This document shows positions 1 to 9,135 of a stretch of DNA of 64,000 nt, piece after piece (the first letter of the stretch is position 1; each line of letters begins with the position of its first letter). Origin of the DNA: an uncultured virus (IMG/VR IMGVR_UViG_3300017722_003044) (lineage: Duplodnaviria; Heunggongvirae; Uroviricota; Caudoviricetes). The position numbers and the translations under genes are program-made. Location of the stretch: the IMG/VR virus record IMGVR_UViG_3300017722_003044. One strand, given 5' to 3'. The notes under the pieces were generated by a model. That model searched no databases. It was not told the origin of the DNA and worked only from the letters and a program-made list of their open reading frames with translations.

Positions 1-750
1 TCCAGCACAGGTGGTGGAACCAATGTGATAGATTCAGCCTACAATCCGTTAAGCATCAATGAATATTTCTTTTTTCCACAAACAGCAGAAGGTCGTGGAT
101 CTAAAGTGGAAACACTGCCTGGCGGTACCAATTTGGGCGAGATTGATGATCTAAAATATTTTACCAACAAACTGTTGCGTGGATTGCGTATTCCCAGTTC
201 TTATCTGCCCACAGGACCAGATGACAGCAATGCACAATACACAGATGGTAGAGTGGGCACTGCCTACATACAGGAGTTGAGATTCAACAACTATTGTGAA
301 AGACTGCAAAATTTAGTGGCAGATGAGTTCAACAATGATTTTAAAAAATATCTTTTAGAAAAAGGTGTCAACATTGATTTGGGCATGTTTGACATCAAGT
401 TTCAAACTCCACAAAACTTTGCTTCATACAGACAAGCAGAATTGGACAACAACAGAATACAAACATTCAGTCAGGTGGCAGCATTGCCCTACATCAGCAA
501 CAGATATGCACTGATGAGATTCTTGGGCATGAGTGCAGATGAATTGGCCGAAAATGAAAGACTATGGCGTGAAGAAAATGATGAAAAATTCAAAGTAAAA
601 CCCACCACATCAGCAGCTGAAATGAGAAGTGCAGGCATCACATCTGCCAACATACAACAAGATCTTGCAGCTCAAGAACCAGAGACCACTGAACCAGTAG
701 AACCTGCGGCTGCAGGCACTGCCACTCCAGGCGAAACTCCCACCACATAA
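1..750 (+). CDS. gp20: Portal vertex protein, T4 gp20-like (5'-truncated)
   Basis: Frame is open from base 1. Motifs PLSINE..FFPQTAEGRGSKVETLPGG.NLGEIDDLKYF.NKL.RGLRIPSSYL and ELRF...CERLQ match T4-like portal C-terminal halves. Lies upstream of the head genes. Confidence 0.92.
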   Translation, partial: SSTGGGTNVIDSAYNPLSINEYFFFPQTAEGRGSKVETLPGGTNLGEIDDLKYFTNKLLRGLRIPSSYLPTGPDDSNAQYTDGRVGTAYIQELRFNNYCERLQNLVADEFNNDFKKYLLEKGVNIDLGMFDIKFQTPQNFASYRQAELDNNRIQTFSQVAALPYISNRYALMRFLGMSADELAENERLWREENDEKFKVKPTTSAAEMRSAGITSANIQQDLAAQEPETTEPVEPAAAGTATPGETPTT

Positions 751-753
751 GCA

Positions 754-759
754 TAAATA
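754..759 (+). promoter_or_regulatory. T4-type late promoter box (TAAATA), 5 nt before ATG 765
   Basis: gcaTAAATAatttcATG. The same hexamer recurs upstream of most structural genes. Confidence 0.7.
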
Positions 760-764
760 ATTTC

Positions 765-1007
765 ATGCTATTGCGTGAAATCTTCTATTTTGATAAAAAT
801 GATGTGAACACTGCGGATCACAAAATGTATGATCCACAGCATGATCAATCCATCATTGGTGTCACTGACACACGCAAAACACGTTTAACTTTGCAACAGA
901 TCAATCGTGCTCGCAAAGCCAGTGAATTTCACAACAATGAACAGCAAAAAGATCTAGAGTTTGTGAGAAATATGTACAGCATTGCCAGCAGTCAACCCGC
1001 AGCCTAA
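765..1007 (+). CDS. Small head-region protein, unknown function
   Basis: 80 aa, directly after the portal. The N-terminal MLLRE resembles L-x-E prohead-protease sites. Has its own late promoter. Confidence 0.7.
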   Translation: MLLREIFYFDKNDVNTADHKMYDPQHDQSIIGVTDTRKTRLTLQQINRARKASEFHNNEQQKDLEFVRNMYSIASSQPAA

Positions 1008-1023
1008 ATAAAGCAGCCGCACA

Positions 1024-1875
1024 ATGGCCAAATTAGACAAATCCCTATACACCAAAGAAGAATGGCGTGCCATGCAAGCACAACGCAATTATGACAAATC
1101 TGTGCATAGAGCAATGAAATCTGGGCTACCCATACCGCCAATGGAGGTACAAACCGTGTCCGATTTCAAAAAGAGTAAAAAAAGTAAAATTTTAATTACA
1201 ACTGCAACTACCATTGTGCCTCAGGATGAGCCGCAGGTCACTCCCGAACCCATAAGATTGCCATTGGAAGGCAACATTGCGTTTGTGCTGGGCAATGGCA
1301 GCAGTCGCAAAAACATACCCTTGACACATCTGCGTGAATGGGGACTAATTTACGGGTGCAATGCACTCTACAGAGAATATGCACCAGACTATTTGGTGGC
1401 TGTGGATGCCAAAATGGTCACAGAAATATGCGAAAACAATTGGCAATTGAGGTATCCTGTGTGGACCAATCCCAACAAAAACATGGAAAAATACAAAGGT
1501 CTTAACTTTTTTAAACCCAGTCAAGGGTGGAGCAGTGGTCCTACAGCACTATGGTTGGCCACAGAACATCAGCACACCACACTTTATATACTGGGATTTG
1601 ACTACATAGGCAATGAAGAAGGCAAACTAAACAACATGTATGGCGGCACCCGAAACTATCGCAAATTGTCAGATCCTGCCACGTATCACGGCAATTGGCT
1701 GCGTCAAACTGGCATTGTAATACAGAAAAACCACAAAAAACAATATATAAGAGTAGTGCAGGATGATCGCAAAGGATTTCAAGCGGAAGAATTCCAAAGA
1801 CACCACAATTATTCCGAAATGACCGTGAGCGATTTCCGCAATGCATTTTGCAGGCCTAAACCTGTGCAAAATTAG
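1024..1875 (+). CDS. DUF115/Maf-like (MptE-like) putative glycosyltransferase with basic, low-complexity N-terminus
   Basis: AFVLGNGSSR...IYGCNALYRE..PDYLVAVD, WSSGPTALWLA and LYILGFD follow the Maf/DUF115/CstII-like pattern. Confidence 0.55.
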   Translation: MAKLDKSLYTKEEWRAMQAQRNYDKSVHRAMKSGLPIPPMEVQTVSDFKKSKKSKILITTATTIVPQDEPQVTPEPIRLPLEGNIAFVLGNGSSRKNIPLTHLREWGLIYGCNALYREYAPDYLVAVDAKMVTEICENNWQLRYPVWTNPNKNMEKYKGLNFFKPSQGWSSGPTALWLATEHQHTTLYILGFDYIGNEEGKLNNMYGGTRNYRKLSDPATYHGNWLRQTGIVIQKNHKKQYIRVVQDDRKGFQAEEFQRHHNYSEMTVSDFRNAFCRPKPVQN

Positions 1876-1969
1876 TCAAAATCGACCTATATCTGCCCAC
1901 TTTTGACTAAATTTGTTAAATAAAGGTGATAGCCTTATCAAAACAACTAACCGTCAAGGAGACATAAAC

Positions 1970-2902
1970 ATGTCAGACAACACATCTAAATTCGAGCAAA
2001 TGCTTGAAAAACTTACCGCAGATGACAGAACCGGAGCTGAAGCCCTATTTCACGAAATAGTGGTTGAGAAGTCACGTTCGATCTACGAAAATTTATTAGA
2101 GACCGACCTTGCTGATATCGCAGTGGAAGAAACTTCAACTGAAGAAACCCCTGTGGAAGAAGCAAAAAAAGACAAAGAAATGAAAAAAGCAGACAAAGAA
2201 GATTCTAAAAAAGACAAAGAAGAAATGAAAAAAGAATCTACTGAAGAAGTTGCCGCTGAGACAACACAAGAAGTTGCTCCAGTAGCAGTGGCTCCAGTGA
2301 CTGCTGAAGTTGGCGGAGATGCCACAGACGACATGATCGCTGACATCGAAGACGACAAAGATGCTGAAGACAAAGGTGACGAAAAACCTATGGCTGCAGA
2401 CATGGAAGACAAAATTGTTGATTTAGAAGATGCAGTGGAAGAACTAAAAGCTGAGTTTGAAAAATTAATGTCAAACGATGGCGACAAAGATGCTGAAGAC
2501 AAAGGCGACAAAGATGAAGCCACAGCAACAGAAGTTCAAGTTCCAGCTGAAGAAGTTACACCTGAAGTAGTAGCAACTACAGCACCAATAGCAACAGCAA
2601 TTAAATCTGAAGAACTTAGCGACAGAGAAAGAATGAGAGAATACGTGGACAAAGTGGCAGTGAAACACACTGACGGTTCGGACAACGCAAAATCTCCAAC
2701 TCCTAAGCAAGCGAAAGGAATGGCGCAAGCTGTTGATTTCGTTGGTTCAGAAGAAAAAGGTAGACCAGCTCCAAAAGCGGAAATGCATGATGGTGGCAAT
2801 ATTAATACACCAGGCGCATCTATCAAGTTGGTAAAAGCTAAAGGACCAGAAACTGCTGACAAGTCAGACAATACAAAAAGTATTTTGGCTAACAAGAAAT
2901 AA
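1970..2902 (+). CDS. Acidic prohead core/scaffold-like protein
   Basis: Very E/D/K-rich and located between portal and protease. Start moved from 1913 to ATG 1970, which has SD AAGGAG, with TAAATA at 1917-1922. Confidence 0.75.
   Translation: MSDNTSKFEQMLEKLTADDRTGAEALFHEIVVEKSRSIYENLLETDLADIAVEETSTEETPVEEAKKDKEMKKADKEDSKKDKEEMKKESTEEVAAETTQEVAPVAVAPVTAEVGGDATDDMIADIEDDKDAEDKGDEKPMAADMEDKIVDLEDAVEELKAEFEKLMSNDGDKDAEDKGDKDEATATEVQVPAEEVTPEVVATTAPIATAIKSEELSDRERMREYVDKVAVKHTDGSDNAKSPTPKQAKGMAQAVDFVGSEEKGRPAPKAEMHDGGNINTPGASIKLVKAKGPETADKSDNTKSILANKK
2353..2505 (+). repeat. 24-nt exact direct repeat inside the core gene (DKDAEDKG twice)
   Basis: cgacaaagatgctgaagacaaagg at 2353-2376 and 2482-2505. 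Confidence 0.85.
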
Positions 2903-2926
2903 AGTTAAGGACTAATATAGTATAAG

Positions 2927-3547
2927 ATGTTTACATTACGCGAAACATTGTCATTTGACCAAGCAAGTTTGGTCATTGAGTCTGCTGAAGACAAAAACGG
3001 GGGCAAGAGCCTTTACATGAAAGGTATCTGCATTCAAGGCGGCGTCAAAAACGCCAACCAAAGAGTGTATCCTGTTAGTGAAATCAGTAGGGCTGTCAAC
3101 ACACTCAACGATCAGATCAAAGGTGGTTATTCAGTGTTGGGCGAAGTGGATCATCCAGAAGGCCTTAATGTTAATTTGGACCGTGTGAGTCACATGCTGT
3201 CAAGCATGTGGATGGATGGCCCAAATGGACATGGCAAACTAAAAATATTACCTACGCCGATGGGACTGCTAGTTAAGACCATGCTGGAAAGCGGAGTCAA
3301 ACTAGGAGTTTCATCGCGTGGTTCAGGCAACGTCAAAGAAGACGGATCCGGACAAGTGAGTGATTTTGAAATCATCACTGTGGACATAGTGGCTCAACCG
3401 TCAGCTCCGGGAGCCTATCCAACACCAATTTATGAACATCTTTTGAACACAAAAGGTGGTTATAGAGCTTTAAACATCGCAAGGGACACACAGGCACAAG
3501 AATACTTAAAGGAACAACTGGTGAATATCATCAGTAAACTCCGTTAA
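2927..3547 (+). CDS. gp21: Prohead core protease, T4 gp21-like
   Basis: KN.NQRVYP, LGEVDHP (catalytic His), LDRVSH, LGVSSRGSG (catalytic Ser), DIVAQPSAPGAY. Confidence 0.95.
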   Translation: MFTLRETLSFDQASLVIESAEDKNGGKSLYMKGICIQGGVKNANQRVYPVSEISRAVNTLNDQIKGGYSVLGEVDHPEGLNVNLDRVSHMLSSMWMDGPNGHGKLKILPTPMGLLVKTMLESGVKLGVSSRGSGNVKEDGSGQVSDFEIITVDIVAQPSAPGAYPTPIYEHLLNTKGGYRALNIARDTQAQEYLKEQLVNIISKLR

Positions 3548-3567
3548 ACTAATTAGGAGAAAATATA

Positions 3568-4656
3568 ATGTTAGATGCACTGAAATCACTTTTTGAAAAC
3601 AATGTAGTTTCCAAAGAGATCAGAGCCGAAATAGAAACAGCTTGGGCAGCCAAAATTGAAGAAAACAAAGTGGCAGCCACAGCAGAACTACGCGAAGAGT
3701 TCGCCAAGAAATATGCACAAGACAAACAGCAAATGATTGACGCTGTGGACAAACTTGTTACAGAAAAATTGGCAACTGAGATTGCTGAGTTTGCAGATGA
3801 TCGCAAACAATTGGCAGATCAGACAGCACAATACGCAGTGAATATGAAACAACATTCAGAGTCATTGAAAAATTTTGTGTTTGAAAGACTTGCAGCGGAA
3901 ATTCAAGAACTACACGCAGATCAAAAAGTTGTGTCTGAAAATTTCAGCAGACTTGAAGAGTTTGTGGTAGAGGCTCTATCGAAAGAAATAGCAGAGTTTC
4001 ATCAAGATAAACAAGACCTAGCAGAAACCAAAGTACGTCTGATCAGAGAAGCCAAAGAGCATTTTGCTAAAGTTCGTAAGAGCTTTATTGAAAAGAGTTC
4101 TAAAGTGGTATCTGATACAGTTAGCAAAGTTCTTACCAAAGAAATTGGCCAACTTAAAGAAGACATTGATTCTGCTCGTAAAAATGACTTTGGACGCAGA
4201 TTGTTTGAGACATTTTCAGAAGAGTATGCTTCGAGCTACTTGAATGAAAAATCTGAAACATCTAAACTTCTAAAAGTGGTCAAGATTAAAGACCAACAAA
4301 TAGAAGATGCGAAAAAAGCTGCACAAGATAACGCAAAATTGATTGAAGCCAAAGATGCAGAAATCAAATCAGCGAAAGATGCAGCAGAGAGATCAGCAGT
4401 TATTGGTGAGCTTACAGCTCCTCTTAACACTGAGCAAAAAGAAATAATGAAAAACTTACTGGAATCAGTTCAAACAACAAAATTAAGATCAGCGTTTGAC
4501 AAGTACATGCCATCAGTAATCAACGGCGGTACTGCACCAGCGAAGAAACAGGCTTTAAAAGAAGGCACAGAAATAACAGGCGACAAAACACAAACTAACG
4601 TTAGACAGGTGTTTGACAGCAATATATTTGCTATCAGAAGACTTGCCGGTTTATAA
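3568..4656 (+). CDS. gp22: Prohead core scaffolding protein, T4 gp22-like
   Basis: Long charged coiled-coil protein between protease and MCP. SD AGGAG. Ends in RRLAGL. Confidence 0.8.
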   Translation: MLDALKSLFENNVVSKEIRAEIETAWAAKIEENKVAATAELREEFAKKYAQDKQQMIDAVDKLVTEKLATEIAEFADDRKQLADQTAQYAVNMKQHSESLKNFVFERLAAEIQELHADQKVVSENFSRLEEFVVEALSKEIAEFHQDKQDLAETKVRLIREAKEHFAKVRKSFIEKSSKVVSDTVSKVLTKEIGQLKEDIDSARKNDFGRRLFETFSEEYASSYLNEKSETSKLLKVVKIKDQQIEDAKKAAQDNAKLIEAKDAEIKSAKDAAERSAVIGELTAPLNTEQKEIMKNLLESVQTTKLRSAFDKYMPSVINGGTAPAKKQALKEGTEITGDKTQTNVRQVFDSNIFAIRRLAGL

Positions 4657-4682
4657 ACAAAAACAAATAGGAGACAAATAAA

Positions 4683-5852
4683 ATGTCAGAACTAACAGAA
4701 GCACGCTGGTCAGAAACAAAAGCAGCATTGTTAGAAGGGCTAAAAGGTAACAGAAAATCTGTTATGGATGTGACTCTTGAAAATACTAGAAAGTATATCA
4801 ATGAATCAGCATCAACTGGAGCTACTTCTGCAGGCAACGTTGCTACTCTAAACAGAGTAATTCTACCAGTAATAAGACGGGTTATGCCAACTGTTATCGC
4901 CAACGAATTAGTAGGCGTGCAGCCAATGACTGGCCCAGTGGGACAAATCCACACGTTAAGAGTAAGATATGCTGAAGCATCAAGCGGTACAACTACAACT
5001 ACTGCTGGTGAAGAAGCTTTATCACCGTTCAAAATCGCAGAAGCATATTCTGGCGACAACTCATCTACTAAAGCAGGTGCTACATCAGCTTTAGAAGGTA
5101 CGGCTGGTAAAAAACTATCAATCCAAATCTTGAAGCAAACTGTAGAAGCCAAAAGCAGAAAATTGTCTGCAAACTGGACCTTCGAAGCAGCTCAAGACGC
5201 TCAAGCTCAACAAGGTATCGACATCGAAGCAGAGATCATGGCAGCATTAGCTCAAGAGATTACTGCAGAGATTGACCAGGAAATCATTGGTTCATTAAGT
5301 TCATTAGCTGGTACAGCTTTTTCAACTTATGACCAACAAGGTGTTTCTGGAACTGCAACTTTCGTCGGTGACGAACACGCAGCTCTTGCTATCTTGATCA
5401 ACAGAGCAGCAAACGCGATTGCACAAAGAACAAGAAGAGGCGCTGGAAACTACGCTGTAGTATCTCCAACTGCTTTAACTATCCTTCAATCAGCTACAAC
5501 TTCAGCGTTCGCAAGATCAACTGAAGGCACATTCGAAGCACCAACTAATAACAAATTAGTGGGAACTTTGAACTCAGCTATGAAAGTATACGTTAACACC
5601 TATGCATCTTCAGACGATGTTATAGTAGGATACAAAGGTTCATCAGAAGCTGATGCTCCTGCATTCTACTGCCCATACATTCCGTTGATGTCATCTGGCG
5701 TTGTTCTTAACCCAAGCACATTCGAACCAACTGTTTCTTTCTTAACAAGATACGGTTACGTAGAATTGTCAAACACAGCATCATCTTTAGGTAATGCTGC
5801 TGACTACTTGGCTAAAGTTGCAATAACGACTAACAACTTGTCGTTCTCTTAA
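4683..5852 (+). CDS. gp23: Major capsid protein, T4 gp23-like
   Basis: LPVIRRVMP.VIANELVGVQPMTGPVGQI, EAKSRKL.A.WT.E.AQD, EITAEIDQEI, TRRGAGN, FYCPYIPL, TRYG. SD AGGAG. Confidence 0.97.
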   Translation: MSELTEARWSETKAALLEGLKGNRKSVMDVTLENTRKYINESASTGATSAGNVATLNRVILPVIRRVMPTVIANELVGVQPMTGPVGQIHTLRVRYAEASSGTTTTTAGEEALSPFKIAEAYSGDNSSTKAGATSALEGTAGKKLSIQILKQTVEAKSRKLSANWTFEAAQDAQAQQGIDIEAEIMAALAQEITAEIDQEIIGSLSSLAGTAFSTYDQQGVSGTATFVGDEHAALAILINRAANAIAQRTRRGAGNYAVVSPTALTILQSATTSAFARSTEGTFEAPTNNKLVGTLNSAMKVYVNTYASSDDVIVGYKGSSEADAPAFYCPYIPLMSSGVVLNPSTFEPTVSFLTRYGYVELSNTASSLGNAADYLAKVAITTNNLSFS

Positions 5853-5874
5853 TAGATCGATCAGTAACAATATT

Positions 5875-5909
5875 AAAAATGGGGGGTGTCAAAACCCCTC
5901 ATTTTTTTT
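5875..5909 (+). terminator. Intrinsic terminator after MCP
   Basis: aaaaatggggggt-gtcaaa-acccctcatttttttt: GC-rich stem followed by a U-tract. Confidence 0.85.
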
Positions 5910-5922
5910 GACTGCAACATCA

Positions 5923-5951
5923 TTGACGCAGACCAAAATATCCTATACAAT
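5923..5951 (+). promoter_or_regulatory. Sigma70-type promoter for hemB
   Basis: TTGACG (5923-5928), 17-nt spacer, TACAAT (5946-5951). Confidence 0.7.
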
Positions 5952-5968
5952 ACACTTACCAAAATATT

Positions 5969-6817
5969 ATGAGCAAAGGTAACATTGTGCAAAAGATCAG
6001 ACTGATACAACCTATATTTGTGAATGACACAGCAGATTCTCAGACCACTGTGTTGGGCGCAGACAATGCCAATCACAGTGTGAGTGGCCTAATCACCAGA
6101 ATTGAACAGGATCTAGACTTGGGTCAAAAAGATTTTTTATTGTTTGTGACCACCAAACAAAAACAAAACAACAGTGATTGGAGCATGCATGCCAAAATTA
6201 TTGACACCATCAAACAACGTTTTGCCGAACGCATTCATCTCACAGTGGATGTGTGCTTGTGTGGTGTGCGTGAAGATGGTCACTGCTGTGTGCCAGATGA
6301 TGCCATATTGACACAACAACAGTTGGGCACATTGGCACAAATTTGTGTGACAGCAGGAGCAGACAGTGTGGCACCCAGTGACATGCAACCTTTCACAGTG
6401 GCCACCATCAGAGCACTGACCAACATACCCATCATGAGTTATTCCACCAAGTTTCGCAGTGTGCAGTATGCTGCCTTTAGAGAAGTGGTGGACAGTGTGC
6501 CCAATTCTGCTCGTTGGTATCAATTGGATGTGGGGGATAGAGCATCAGCTATTAAGAGTTCCATGCGTTATGCTGCACAAGGTGCAGACTTGCTCATGGT
6601 AAAACCTGGCATGAGCAGCATAGATTTGATTCAACCCATCAAAGAAGCCACCAACAAACCTGTGGGTGTGTATCAGACCAGCAGTGAATGGCTGGCCATA
6701 CAAGGACATGCTCAAATGGATGCAATGCTGAAAGAAACTTGTGTGGTGTTTCAGCGTGCAGGCGCTGCATTCATGATATCATATGGTGCTAGATTGCTGC
6801 AAAAATTACTTAAATAA
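5969..6817 (+). CDS. hemB: Delta-aminolevulinic acid dehydratase (porphobilinogen synthase)
   Basis: DVCLC...DGHC Zn-binding Cys motif, APSDM, MSYSTKF.S..Y..FRE (first Schiff-base Lys), YQLD, GADLLMVKPG (second Lys), YQ.S.E and RAGA...ISY. Confidence 0.9.
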   Translation: MSKGNIVQKIRLIQPIFVNDTADSQTTVLGADNANHSVSGLITRIEQDLDLGQKDFLLFVTTKQKQNNSDWSMHAKIIDTIKQRFAERIHLTVDVCLCGVREDGHCCVPDDAILTQQQLGTLAQICVTAGADSVAPSDMQPFTVATIRALTNIPIMSYSTKFRSVQYAAFREVVDSVPNSARWYQLDVGDRASAIKSSMRYAAQGADLLMVKPGMSSIDLIQPIKEATNKPVGVYQTSSEWLAIQGHAQMDAMLKETCVVFQRAGAAFMISYGARLLQKLLK

Positions 6818-6821
6818 TTGT

Positions 6822-7103
6822 ATGGAACAGCCAACTGAAAAAGAATTAATGGAATCATATCTAGCTCAGCGCAAACAGTTGGATCAATGGATTCGACATC
6901 ATCCCATGTTTGCACATGAAATACGTCGCATAAAAAATCAAATAGATCAAATGATGAACAAGCGTGCTGATCTGTTAATCATGTATCGTCAAACACGTCG
7001 TGAACACTATTTAGAACAGGCTAGAATCACCCTGTTGCAAGCGCAAAATCACCTTAAAACCTTCTCAAAACTAGAGCTATTAGCCACACTGTCAAAAAGA
7101 TAA
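6822..7103 (+). CDS. Hypothetical helical protein (93 aa)
   Basis: Start reassigned to ATG 6822 (MEQPTEK), 5 nt after TAAATA 6811-6816. This avoids overlap with hemB. Confidence 0.65.
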   Translation: MEQPTEKELMESYLAQRKQLDQWIRHHPMFAHEIRRIKNQIDQMMNKRADLLIMYRQTRREHYLEQARITLLQAQNHLKTFSKLELLATLSKR

Positions 7104-7112
7104 ATAACTGTG

Positions 7113-7172
7113 CTTCAAAAATAGTTTTGAAGTTTATGCGGTTTAACCCACCGCGTATAACATAGAACGTTA
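7113..7172 (+). promoter_or_regulatory. Three-hairpin structured 5' leader (candidate cis-regulatory RNA)
   Basis: Stems 7113-7120/7125-7132, 7135-7142/7150-7157 and 7158-7161/7169-7172 lie between TAAATA (7101-7106) and the SD. Confidence 0.5.
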
Positions 7173-7185
7173 CAGGAGAAAACAA

Positions 7186-7572
7186 ATGGGAAGACCAATA
7201 AACAAAACAAAACTAGGCACATACACAGGTGCCATAGGTATAAGATGTGAAGCCTACATAGGTGGATCAAATCAAAGTGATGTGTTCATTGTGAAACAAG
7301 TTGGATCTAAAAGATTCAAAGTTCAAGATACATCAGCCTCTACAACAGCAAGAGCCAAATTAGTTGCAACCACACCAGCAGCTCTAGGAGAAATGAGAGT
7401 GACTGGTTATGTTGCAGGATCTGCATCAGGCAACTTGTCCACTATGGGCGGTACTGCCAAATATGCGGCTAAAATAACTCAACGCAGATTTATTGCCAGC
7501 ACTGGTGATAGATACAAATGGACACTTGTGAACGATTCCACAAGAGATTACATTGAATTGACTGCTATATAA
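7186..7572 (+). CDS. Putative virion structural protein (128 aa)
   Basis: Late promoter, SD AGGAG, beta-rich composition. First gene of the structural block. Confidence 0.65.
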   Translation: MGRPINKTKLGTYTGAIGIRCEAYIGGSNQSDVFIVKQVGSKRFKVQDTSASTTARAKLVATTPAALGEMRVTGYVAGSASGNLSTMGGTAKYAAKITQRRFIASTGDRYKWTLVNDSTRDYIELTAI

Positions 7573-7580
7573 TAACACCA

Positions 7581-7600
7581 TGGGGGGAGCAATCCCCCCA
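7581..7600 (+). other. Stable GC hairpin with GCAA tetraloop and no U-tract
   Basis: tgggggga-gcaa-tcccccca in the intergenic gap. Confidence 0.7.
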
Positions 7601-7614
7601 ACTAAAGAGAAAAG

Positions 7615-8805
7615 ATGACAAAATTTTTAAAAGTACCAAATGGAAATTACAACATAAAAGTCCAGTCTGGTGGAGAAATCAAATTGGACACAGGTGCACA
7701 ATTGGGCACAGTGCGTGTCACAGGCAATCTGGTCGTGGAAGGTGACAGCACCACTGTAGAATCAGAAAATTTAGTTGTAAGAGATAATATTATAGTAATC
7801 AACAATGGCGAAGCTGGATCAGGAGTGACTCTAGGCACTGCAGGCATACGTGTGGACAGAGGCAATTTACAAAACGCCACTCTTTTATGGACAGAAGTGG
7901 CCAATGGCAATCTTCCTGCTCCATTCAATACCAACGGAGCATTTAAATTTTCTTTGGTCAATGGTGATCCATTAGGTTTAAGAACCAACAGCATCACATC
8001 AGACAACGATATTTTTTTAGATCCGGGTGGCAGTGGTGCCATAGCAACACCCAAAGTAAACTATGAAACCTATGTGACCAGTGCCAACGATATACCCAAC
8101 AAAAAATATGTGGATGATTTTGTCGTAGCATCCATCACAGGTCTAACATATCCAAAAATTCAGCGAGGCAACACCATAGTGAGAGTGTATGACACTGCTC
8201 CAGGTGTCACTGCCAACACCATAGGTGCTGCAGGCACAGGCACTGTGGCCACACTAACATTTGCTGCACAGGCAGTGATACCTTTCAACATAGGTGAAAT
8301 CATTGTGGTTTCAGGTGTGACTCCTGCGGGTTACAATGGCACCTACACTGTGACCAATTCCAGTGTGAGTTCAGTCAGTTATGCCAACGCCACCACAGGT
8401 GCTCAGACAGTGTCAGGCACAGTGAACTTACAGGGAGATGCAGCCAATCAAGCCACCATTGAAATCGACGGCGTTTTGAAGAATACTTTTTTATCCAACC
8501 AAGTGGATTTTTTACAACAACAGATTAACCTATCAGAAGTTAGAATACAAGAAAGCACCATTTCAGCACCAGGAACCACACAGGACTTAGTGTTGCAAGC
8601 ACAAGGAGTTAGATCTGTAAGGATAGATGACACACTCATGATCAAAGCCACAGGAGCCAACCCAGCACATGACGGAATCGGTTTGAAATTGTATGCAAAC
8701 GCTCAAGGCACAGGTAAAACTGGATTATTTTATGTAAATACAAGCAACGTCAGAGACGAAATTATAAGCAAAAATAGGTCTTTGTTGTTCAGTATGATAT
8801 TTTAG
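7615..8805 (+). CDS. Virion structural/fibre-like protein
   Basis: V.GNLVVEG.STTV.S.NLVV.DNII.IN.GE fibre-type motif. G/T/V/N-rich. Confidence 0.7.
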   Translation: MTKFLKVPNGNYNIKVQSGGEIKLDTGAQLGTVRVTGNLVVEGDSTTVESENLVVRDNIIVINNGEAGSGVTLGTAGIRVDRGNLQNATLLWTEVANGNLPAPFNTNGAFKFSLVNGDPLGLRTNSITSDNDIFLDPGGSGAIATPKVNYETYVTSANDIPNKKYVDDFVVASITGLTYPKIQRGNTIVRVYDTAPGVTANTIGAAGTGTVATLTFAAQAVIPFNIGEIIVVSGVTPAGYNGTYTVTNSSVSSVSYANATTGAQTVSGTVNLQGDAANQATIEIDGVLKNTFLSNQVDFLQQQINLSEVRIQESTISAPGTTQDLVLQAQGVRSVRIDDTLMIKATGANPAHDGIGLKLYANAQGTGKTGLFYVNTSNVRDEIISKNRSLLFSMIF

Positions 8806-8811
8806 GAACGT

Positions 8812-9135
8812 ATGGCTATTAATAACGCACAAATGAGCACAGGAGCACCGGTGGAATTCACAGTATCCGCAGGGCAAAGCTGGGCATTTACCACCATAAT
8901 GATTTGCAACAAAGGCAGTGGTGCTGCAACTTTTTCCGTGTATGCAGTGTTATCAGGTGAAGCAGTGTCAGATACTAAAAATAAAATTGTTAACACAGCC
9001 AGTGTTGATGCTAACGATACCTTTGTGATGGACAGCGAAAAATTAATATTGGAGGCGGGTGACAAATTGTCATTTCAACAGATCGGTGGCACCAATGGTG
9101 ACTTGCTGGTGACAGTGAGTTACATTGTAGTGTAA
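8812..9135 (+). CDS. Small structural protein, paralogue of 17496 and 31509
   Basis: 107 aa, with ...EKLILE.GDKL and VTVSY at the C-terminus. Confidence 0.7.
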   Translation: MAINNAQMSTGAPVEFTVSAGQSWAFTTIMICNKGSGAATFSVYAVLSGEAVSDTKNKIVNTASVDANDTFVMDSEKLILEAGDKLSFQQIGGTNGDLLVTVSYIVV

